The notes under the pieces: generated by a model | Database searches by the model: none | What the model was told of the DNA's origin: nothing | The model's input: only the letters and a program-made list of their open reading frames with translations | Made by a program: the position numbers and the translations under genes | NCBI GenBank assembly: GCA_041742135.1 | Contig: JBGSJG010000005.1 | Span: 5,878 to 69,877 of the forward strand | Origin: Patescibacteria group bacterium | GTDB taxonomy: Bacteria; Patescibacteriota; Microgenomatia; UBA8517 | Reading direction: 5' to 3' | Length of the DNA: 64,000 nt | Shown here: positions 57,696-64,000 of the stretch, piece after piece | Layout of the letters: each line of letters begins with the position of its first letter | Position numbering within the stretch: the stretch's first letter is position 1

Positions 57696-58606
57696 GTTTA
57701 CATCTAAAAACAAGTATTGCTAACATTAGACGCGCGCCTTTTCAGGCGATGGCGGCAATTAGCGTTTTGGCAATTACATTTTTTGTATCGACCCTAATTG
57801 CTTTAGCGGTTTATTCATCAAACCAGATCATAAGTTACTTCGAAACTAGGCCTCAAATTATTGCATTCTTGAAGGACGACACGACCCAGGAGCAGGTTGA
57901 TGACTTAATGGGTAGGCTAACGGGGGATCCTCGAATTGCGAATCTTAAATTTGTATCAAAAGAAGAGGCCTTAAATATTTACAAAGAGGCAACATCTGAT
58001 AATCCACTTTTGGGCGAGCTTGTTAGCCCGTCAATTTTCCCCGCAAGTATCGAGTTTTCGCCATCTGACTTATCCCATGCTCAAGATCTAATATCGCTTG
58101 TGGAAGGCGAGCTTGTGGTGGAGGATATTGGCTTTACTGCAAACGTGGGCGGCTCCTCTGCTGTAGGGGATGTGATTAATCGTCTAAAAACCATCTCGTA
58201 TTACGTACGGCTCACAGGCGCTGTGTCTGTTGGTGTTTTGGCTGTAACATCCGGTTTGGTTTTAATGGTCGTAATTAGTATGCGAATAAGTATGAAGAAG
58301 GAGGAGATCGAGTCTTTAAGTCTGATTGGAGCTTCGCCCGGTTTTATTCGCGCTCCACTTCTTTTGGAAGCTATTGAGTACGGAGTTTTGGGAGCATTTT
58401 TAGGATGGCTCTTGGCGGCAGTGTTGGCAATGTATGTTTCGCCTCACCTGTTTTCTTATTTTGGGACGCTTCCAATTTTACCCAAAGAACCGTCGCAATT
58501 TTTCGGGCTTTTGGGCATTATCCTTTTGGGCGAAGTGTTAATCAGCGTGACAATCGCAACACTGGGCAGTCTTTTTTCGCTTTCGCGAACGCTTAAGCTA
58601 AAATAG
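57692..58606 (+). CDS. ftsX: Cell division permease FtsX
   Basis: Four TM segments; FVSKEEAL, EIE..SLIGASPGFIRAPLLLE. Confidence 0.92.
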   Translation: MSLHLKTSIANIRRAPFQAMAAISVLAITFFVSTLIALAVYSSNQIISYFETRPQIIAFLKDDTTQEQVDDLMGRLTGDPRIANLKFVSKEEALNIYKEATSDNPLLGELVSPSIFPASIEFSPSDLSHAQDLISLVEGELVVEDIGFTANVGGSSAVGDVINRLKTISYYVRLTGAVSVGVLAVTSGLVLMVVISMRISMKKEEIESLSLIGASPGFIRAPLLLEAIEYGVLGAFLGWLLAAVLAMYVSPHLFSYFGTLPILPKEPSQFFGLLGIILLGEVLISVTIATLGSLFSLSRTLKLK

Positions 58607-58609
58607 GTT

Positions 58610-59767
58610 ATGCCAAAAAAGCTTTATATTAAAGTCCTCACTCTTCTTGTCTTGGGATTTTCCCTTTTTATCCTTCGGCCAACGTATGCCCAAGACGATG
58701 CCAAGATGCAGGAGTTGTCTCGCCAGATTGAAGAGTACAACGCGCAAATTTCTCGTCTTCAAAGCCAGGCTTCGTCCTTGTCTAACGAAGTGGCAAGCTT
58801 TGATGCTAAGATCCGCCTGACAGAGCTTAAAATTGACTCTACGCAGTCACAGATAACTCTTCTTGGGGGTAGGATCGACCAGTTAGTTGTCTCGCTTGAT
58901 TCTCTGGAAAAAGCATTTGGCTCGCGCGTTAGCGAGACTTATAAATTGTCCAGGCTAGAAAGTTCTCCAGTTTTATTTTTGGCTTCCGACAATGTACCTG
59001 AGGCTGTTTCTAAGTACCATTACCTTCAGAAGATCCAAGAAGCGGATAAAAAATTGATTACACGGCTAGATAGCGCTAAAACTACTTATTCTGAACAGAA
59101 GGTGGAGCTGGAGGATTTGGAGCAAGTTTTGGGAGTCCAGAAAGAACAGTTGGATGTTCAAAAATCGGCCAAGGCAAATTTACTCGCAATAACCAAAAAT
59201 GATGAAAAGAAATACCAACAGCTTTTGGCCGCAGCCCGTGCCGAGTACGAAGCAATTCAAGCCATTATTGCAGGGCGAGGAGATGAAAGTGAGGTTGGCC
59301 ATGTTAACTCCGGGGATCGCATTGCAAGCATTATTCAAGGACCGTCGTGCAACTCAAGTGGTGGGCATTTGCACTTTATAGTAAGTAATCAAAGTACCAC
59401 TGAAAACCCGTTTAGCCATCTTAAGCCCGGCGTCGATTTTCTTAACTGCTCGGGACCGGGGGAATGTGGTGCGGGTGACCCGTTTAACCCTTCAGGTGGC
59501 TGGGATTGGCCAATCAGCCCCCAGATTCGTTTTACGCAGGGTTATGGAAGTACTTGGGCAGTGCAAAATACTTGGGTTGGGAGGGTTTATAACTTTCACA
59601 ATGGTATCGATATTGATAGTGAAAGCTCGTCTGATGTGCGAGCGGTTCAGCCTGGAACGCTTTATCGAGGAAGCGTATCGGGGAGCAACGGCTGCAGACT
59701 AAGATATGTTCGCGTGGATCACGAAGGAAGTGATCTGGATACATTTTATTTGCATATTAATTATTAA
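58610..59767 (+). CDS. EnvC-like coiled-coil protein with circularly permuted M23 peptidase domain
   Basis: Signal peptide and long coiled coil; the HLHF block precedes the HNGID...YLH block. Confidence 0.85.
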   Translation: MPKKLYIKVLTLLVLGFSLFILRPTYAQDDAKMQELSRQIEEYNAQISRLQSQASSLSNEVASFDAKIRLTELKIDSTQSQITLLGGRIDQLVVSLDSLEKAFGSRVSETYKLSRLESSPVLFLASDNVPEAVSKYHYLQKIQEADKKLITRLDSAKTTYSEQKVELEDLEQVLGVQKEQLDVQKSAKANLLAITKNDEKKYQQLLAAARAEYEAIQAIIAGRGDESEVGHVNSGDRIASIIQGPSCNSSGGHLHFIVSNQSTTENPFSHLKPGVDFLNCSGPGECGAGDPFNPSGGWDWPISPQIRFTQGYGSTWAVQNTWVGRVYNFHNGIDIDSESSSDVRAVQPGTLYRGSVSGSNGCRLRYVRVDHEGSDLDTFYLHINY

Positions 59768-60486
59768 TGTTTTCGACTTTGGTGTTCACACTCGCTTTAG
59801 CTGTGAGTGTAACTTCGCCACACACTAACGTCGTCGGCGGAGATGAGTTTGAACTGAATGCCAATGTTACAGGCTTTGAGCCCTCCTCAACTTATTACAT
59901 AAAAGCGTTGGGTGGTGACAATAACTACGAGGTATTAACTAAAAACAACGAAAGTTGGCTTTCTTGGAATAGCTCTTGGGACTCGATGCCTCAGTTTGTT
60001 TCTCCTGAGGCCACCGAGAGTGCTACGTTGGTAACAGTAAAGGGAAAATTTAAAGATGATTCTTCGGGAACTAAAGATGTTAAAGTCCGTATCAGAAAAG
60101 TTGATCTGGATGAAAACTACGATTCAAATTTAATATCGATTCTGGTTACCGCAAAAGCCACTCCCACCCCAACTGCAACTGCCACTGCTTCACCCAGCCC
60201 CACCCCAACTACGACTGCCACTCCTTCGCCGTCGCCAACTCCAACTAAAAAGCCAACACCTAAACCAACCACGACAAACACTTCCACGCCTTCACCAAGC
60301 CCAACGCCTGTTGTTTTGGGGGAGGCTACGTCCACCCCAACTGTAATCGATACAGCTACTGTTAACAGCTCGGGCGAGAAAAGTATTCCAAATTTCTCTA
60401 TACTTATGGTTGTCGGTGGTTTGGTGCTAAGCACCACTGCTGGCTTTTCGATTTGGAAAAAATATCGTGAAGAAAACTCTGCGTAA
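59767..60486 (+). CDS. Surface protein with Ig-like domain, T/P-rich stalk and C-terminal TM anchor
   Basis: Signal-like N-terminus, TPTPTATATASPSPTP stalk, TM followed by KKYR. Confidence 0.8.
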   Translation: MFSTLVFTLALAVSVTSPHTNVVGGDEFELNANVTGFEPSSTYYIKALGGDNNYEVLTKNNESWLSWNSSWDSMPQFVSPEATESATLVTVKGKFKDDSSGTKDVKVRIRKVDLDENYDSNLISILVTAKATPTPTATATASPSPTPTTTATPSPSPTPTKKPTPKPTTTNTSTPSPSPTPVVLGEATSTPTVIDTATVNSSGEKSIPNFSILMVVGGLVLSTTAGFSIWKKYREENSA

Positions 60487-60886
60487 TTTACAATTTTGGC
60501 TACTGCCACTTTTTTGGGCTAGTGTGATTTTTTATTTATCCAGCTTTCCCGCGGGGTCAACTACCCAAGTTTACTGGCAGGATTTTATTGTTAAAAAACT
60601 TGCCCACGTTACCGAGTATGCAATATTAACTCTCCTTACTTATCGTGCATTTATAAATAACGGAGTAGAGCGTGTCTTGGCCATAAAATATGCCATAATC
60701 CTCTCAATTTTTTACGGAGCTACGGATGAAATTCATCAGTCTTTCACTCCCGGACGTGAGCCAACTGTTCGCGATGTATTATTTGATACAATTGGGGCAC
60801 TACTTACAGGATACTTTTTATGGAAATTATTACCAAAAGCGCCGATGAGACTAAAAAAGCTGGCCGCGATTTTTCAAATAAACTAA
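60467..60886 (+). CDS. VanZ-family membrane protein
   Basis: KLAHVTEYAIL and TDEIHQSFTPGR...DVLFD. Confidence 0.92.
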   Translation: MKKTLRNLQFWLLPLFWASVIFYLSSFPAGSTTQVYWQDFIVKKLAHVTEYAILTLLTYRAFINNGVERVLAIKYAIILSIFYGATDEIHQSFTPGREPTVRDVLFDTIGALLTGYFLWKLLPKAPMRLKKLAAIFQIN

Positions 60887-61224
60887 AGGCTGGTAGCGTT
60901 GTGGCGCTGGTGGGTGAATTGGGGGCAGGTAAGACTACTTTTATCCAAGGAGTGGCTGAAGGCTTGGGAATTACCCAAAGAGTAAATTCACCTACGTTTA
61001 TTATCATGCGTAGTTACGATGATTTTTATCATGTCGATTTATACAGACTGGACGAGCACATCAAAGATGAAGTTACCAACCTTGGTCTTTTGGATCTAGT
61101 CCGAGAGGGTAAGTCGATTATCTTGATTGAATGGGCGGAAAAGATTCGCGATCTTCTGCCAAAAGACGCAATTTGGATTAAAATAGAAGATAATGGAGAG
61201 GATCAAAGAAGAATAACCATATGA
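60820..61224 (+). CDS. tsaE: t6A biosynthesis ATPase TsaE
   Basis: GELGAGKTTF, SPTF, HVDLYRL and IEW. Confidence 0.96.
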   Translation: MEIITKSADETKKAGRDFSNKLKAGSVVALVGELGAGKTTFIQGVAEGLGITQRVNSPTFIIMRSYDDFYHVDLYRLDEHIKDEVTNLGLLDLVREGKSIILIEWAEKIRDLLPKDAIWIKIEDNGEDQRRITI

Positions 61225-62207
61225 ACATACTTGTAACAGGGGGTGCGGGGTACATTGGAAGCTTTATCGTGCGAAGGCTTAAAGAAGCAGGCCACAACCC
61301 GATAATTTTTGACAATTTTAGCTGTGGCCATCGTGAGGCCGTGGAAGGCTTCACGGTCTACGAAGCAGATTTAGTCAAAAATCCAGATAAAATTCTTGAG
61401 GTCCTAAAAGAAGAAAAAATAGATGGAGTAATTCATATGGCCAGCTTTATCCAAATGGGTGAGTCTTTCAAAAACCCAGGAAAATATTTTAACAACAATT
61501 TAATCGGCGCAGTTAATTTGTTTGAGGCAATGCGCGAAGCTGGGACCAAGTATTTGGTCTTTAGCTCCTCTGCCGGCGTTTATGGCCGTGTTGACACGCT
61601 TCCTATTGACGAAGACACTCCCAAAAAACCTGAGAATCCCTACGGTGAAACCAAACTTATGATCGAGCGGATGCTTCACTGGTATACAACCGCGGGTAAC
61701 TTAAACTATATCGCGATTCGTTATTTTAACGCGGCTGGGGCAGCTCTGGACGGCAGCCTTGGGGAGGCCCATCCGGCTGAAAGCCATATTATTCCTCTTG
61801 CCATTGCTGCAGCGCAGGCAGGAGGGGAATTTACCATCTTTGGTGATGATTATAAAACTGTCGACGGAACGTGTGTGCGCGATTACATTCATGTTTTAGA
61901 TCTCGCCGAGGCTCATGTTTTGGCTATCGAAGCACTTGCCAAGGGCCACGAAAGTGCAAGTTATAATGCTGGTACGGGGGTTGGGTTTTCTAATAAACAA
62001 ATTCTTGAAAAAGTTAACGAGGCTTCAGGAGGCAAACTTAAAATCAAAATTGGTCCTAGGCGCGAGGGAGACGTGGATGCTCTATATGCTTCAACCGGCA
62101 AAATTAAAAATGATTTAGGCTGGGAGCCTACACACTCCGACTTGGACACCATTATCGGTTCAGCTTGGAAATGGCATGAGTCTCATCCGAATGGCTTTGA
62201 AAAATGA
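61221..62207 (+). CDS. galE: UDP-glucose 4-epimerase
   Basis: TGGAGYIGS, FSSSA, YGETK, RYFNAAGA and DGTCVRDYIHV. Confidence 0.96.
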   Translation: MNILVTGGAGYIGSFIVRRLKEAGHNPIIFDNFSCGHREAVEGFTVYEADLVKNPDKILEVLKEEKIDGVIHMASFIQMGESFKNPGKYFNNNLIGAVNLFEAMREAGTKYLVFSSSAGVYGRVDTLPIDEDTPKKPENPYGETKLMIERMLHWYTTAGNLNYIAIRYFNAAGAALDGSLGEAHPAESHIIPLAIAAAQAGGEFTIFGDDYKTVDGTCVRDYIHVLDLAEAHVLAIEALAKGHESASYNAGTGVGFSNKQILEKVNEASGGKLKIKIGPRREGDVDALYASTGKIKNDLGWEPTHSDLDTIIGSAWKWHESHPNGFEK

Positions 62208-62491
62208 GACTATATATTGATACCACTAGCTCCGAGAAAATTGTTATTAAGCTGGACGACGAAACGCACGAAACCGCGACAAAACTAAATAAGTCTCAGG
62301 CACTCCTGCCTTTTATCGTTGATACGTTAGCGAAAAAAAACACGAAACTTCAAGACTTAACTGTTATAGAGGTTAACCCCGGCCCTGGAAGTTTTACTGG
62401 TATCCGTGTGGGTTACGCCGTTGCCCAAGCTTTGGCTTGGTCTTTGAAAATTTCTTCAGACTTCAGTCAAATAAACTACCAAAAGGACTAG
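62204..62491 (+). CDS. tsaB: Minimal TsaB (N-terminal domain only)
   Basis: LYIDT, SQALLP and GPGSFTGIRVG; only 95 aa. Confidence 0.88.
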   Translation: MRLYIDTTSSEKIVIKLDDETHETATKLNKSQALLPFIVDTLAKKNTKLQDLTVIEVNPGPGSFTGIRVGYAVAQALAWSLKISSDFSQINYQKD

Positions 62492-62499
62492 AACAGTAC

Positions 62500-62528
62500 T
62501 TGACAAGGACTCTCACGTTAAGTAGACT
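62500..62528 (+). promoter_or_regulatory. Sigma70 promoter
   Basis: TTGACA(62500-05)-N17-TAGACT(62523-28). Confidence 0.8.
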
Positions 62529-62584
62529 GGCGTTACTATTTTTGAGGCTGCCCTTTTATAAAGTTTGGTTTATCTGATTAAACA

Positions 62585-63169
62585 ATGACAAAATTATTTT
62601 TTCGAGGAGGTAGCCTAAATAAGAAAAAAATCTTCAAGATTGTCGGAGCTCTTGCTTTCATATTCGTTCTCTTCGTTGTCGCTCGTAGTGTATTTTCGGG
62701 TGCTTCGTCAGAAGCTACAGGAAACTCCTCAGTGCTTAAATCTGCAACAGTAAACAAAGAACTTGGAAAAGAAGTTGGCATTTCCATAAAGGATGAAGAC
62801 GGTGAAGAGGTGGAAAAAGTTACCATGAGGTTAGAAAATATTGAGCTTCGGGATGAAATAATCGTCAAAGGCCAAAAGGCATCTTCGGTTTCTGGGAGAA
62901 GTTTTTTGGTAGTAAACATTAAGCTTTCGAACTCTCTGGAGCAAGGTGTTGAAATTAATACCAAAGATTATTTAAGACTAGGATCTGGCACAGAGCCTAC
63001 TGAGTGGTTGGCTCCAGATATTCACAATGATCCGGTTTTGGTTCAAGCGATTTCCACAAAACCTACTCGTGTAGCTTTCCCAGTTAACGCAGATGAGCGA
63101 AAATTTGTTTTGCAGATAGGCGAAATTGCTGGAGATAAAGAAAAAGTCGAGCTTGACCTTACACAATAA
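62585..63169 (+). CDS. Single-pass membrane protein with DUF4352-like Ig fold
   Basis: TM followed by FLVVNIKLSN and STK.TRVAFPV. Confidence 0.7.
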   Translation: MTKLFFRGGSLNKKKIFKIVGALAFIFVLFVVARSVFSGASSEATGNSSVLKSATVNKELGKEVGISIKDEDGEEVEKVTMRLENIELRDEIIVKGQKASSVSGRSFLVVNIKLSNSLEQGVEINTKDYLRLGSGTEPTEWLAPDIHNDPVLVQAISTKPTRVAFPVNADERKFVLQIGEIAGDKEKVELDLTQ

Positions 63170-63354
63170 TGCAAAAAGAAGAGTATTCTGTAAAAAGTAT
63201 TTCGGAGACTCTGCTTCACGATATAAAAAAATCTCTTAAAGGTGTCAAAAATTTTGGTAGTGTAGAAATCTTCATTCAAAATGGTGTGGTTACCCAAATA
63301 ACTGTGCGAAATATAAAAAAGACGGCAAGCGCTCGAGAGGTCAGTAGAGCATAA
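63169..63354 (+). CDS. YezD/DUF2292 (OscA-like) small protein
   Basis: I.KSL..V..FGSVEIFIQNGVVTQI, a pattern I recognise from this family. Confidence 0.85.
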   Translation: MQKEEYSVKSISETLLHDIKKSLKGVKNFGSVEIFIQNGVVTQITVRNIKKTASAREVSRA

Positions 63355-63514
63355 TCTATAGGATACTATATTTAATCCGCAAGACGTATATAGTAAGATT
63401 GTGATATTGCTCACAAATGACCTATTGACAAAGCTAAGACATTGTCGTTATATATGAAGTTATAAATGTCCTATATAAATACATTGTAGGATGTGTTTAA
63501 GGACAGATAACGGA

Positions 63515-63581
63515 GCTGACCGCAAACGGAGGCTTCCCGATCTAAAGCATTGACTTTGGAGTGGGACGCCTCCGTTTTTTT
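63515..63581 (+). terminator. Leader terminator overlapped by a small competing hairpin
   Basis: Long stem AAACGGAGGC..TCCC..TCTAAAG/CTTTGGA..GGGA..GCCTCCGTTT ending in a T7 run; GCTGA-CCG-CAAA-CGG-AGGC overlaps its 5' arm. Confidence 0.8.
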
Positions 63582-63653
63582 ATGCGGAGAAGGGCGAAGT
63601 GCAAACCTTGTTTTATTACGAGGAGCCCAAAACGAAAGGGGGTGAGAATAGAT

Positions 63654-64000
63654 ATGAAAATTAGAAAATTAATCGCAACATTAAGCTTATCAGCAATGAT
63701 GCTTAATTTAGTAGCAACTTCTGCTTTAGCAACTTCCGGGTCAGCAATGACTTTTGAAGTTACAGGCAACGGTGTTGAAACCGACAACGACATTGTCGTT
63801 CATGTCGAGCAAGATACCGACGTAAACCAGAGCAACGAATTCAACGCTACCACCAATGTGAATGCAAATTCAAACACTGGCGGAAATAGCGCAAGCCGAA
63901 ACACTGGTGGAAACGCAGTTGTTGACACCGGAGACGCTACCTCACATGTTGAGGTATCAAACGCCGGCAACAGCAACGAAGCAGTAGTAGATTGTTGTGC
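63654..64000 (+). CDS. Secreted Asn/Gly/Thr-rich repeat protein (partial, not in the ORF track)
   Basis: Strong SD GGGGGTGA; MKIRKLIATLSLSAMMLNLVATSALA signal peptide; GNG...QSN...NTGGNSASRNTGGNAVVDTGDA; open to the window end. Confidence 0.85.
   Translation, partial: MKIRKLIATLSLSAMMLNLVATSALATSGSAMTFEVTGNGVETDNDIVVHVEQDTDVNQSNEFNATTNVNANSNTGGNSASRNTGGNAVVDTGDATSHVEVSNAGNSNEAVVDCC

Noticed and set aside
60159-60340. CRISPR-like or tandem DNA repeat
   Set aside because: Degenerate codon-level repetition encoding a Thr/Pro stalk; no constant repeat with spacers anywhere in the window.
60117-60509. Minus-strand Val/Gly-rich ORF (likewise 41462-41851 and 53338-53664)
   Set aside because: Antisense shadows of Thr/Pro-rich linkers in real plus-strand genes.
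63540-63640. c-di-GMP-I riboswitch (GAGTGGGACGC and GCAAACC look familiar)
   Set aside because: The elements are in the wrong order, GACGCAAAG and the GNRA/receptor pair are absent, and the sequence is explained by the terminator stem.
63542-63793. Minus-strand 83-aa ORF
   Set aside because: Shadow of the leader and the secreted protein on the plus strand, which has an SD and a signal peptide.
1-64000. Alternative genetic code (TGA read as Gly, as in Gracilibacteria/Absconditabacteria)
   Set aside because: Conserved genes are full length under code 11, several end in TGA with ATGA overlaps, and RF2 is present.

Overview
Compact, gene-dense bacterial chromosome segment (standard code, TGA used as stop). 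Gene content and style point to a Patescibacteria/CPR genome, probably Microgenomates (inference): class I LysRS, membrane-anchored Clp ATPase, GT-C glycosyltransferases, many single-pass Ser/Thr/Pro-rich surface proteins and tiny intergenic gaps. It carries housekeeping genes (hisS, ppaC, sodA, truB, uppP, lon, greA, lysS, serS, rarA, secA, tgt, prfB, ftsEX, tsaE/B, galE), tRNA-Glu(CTC), a CsoR-regulated copper locus, a ZIP transporter with a Zur-like operator, envelope genes and orphan ORFs. I found no integrase, transposase or CRISPR array. The leads most worth following are: (1) a YezD/DUF2292 gene followed by a small hairpin that overlaps an intrinsic terminator in front of a repeat-rich secreted protein, a candidate protein-dependent antitermination switch; (2) an unannotated ~115-nt structured RNA with its own promoter; (3) a uORF plus three-way-junction attenuator ahead of greA and a terminator/antiterminator pair behind it; (4) a circularly permuted M23 peptidase next to ftsEX; (5) pervasive leaderless-type gene starts; (6) a 77-bp duplication unit at the tRNA 3' end; (7) an atypical TGT; (8) a recurring VLG[E/V][A/S][S/T] motif in unrelated surface proteins. 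All calls come from reading motifs by eye; no searches were run.
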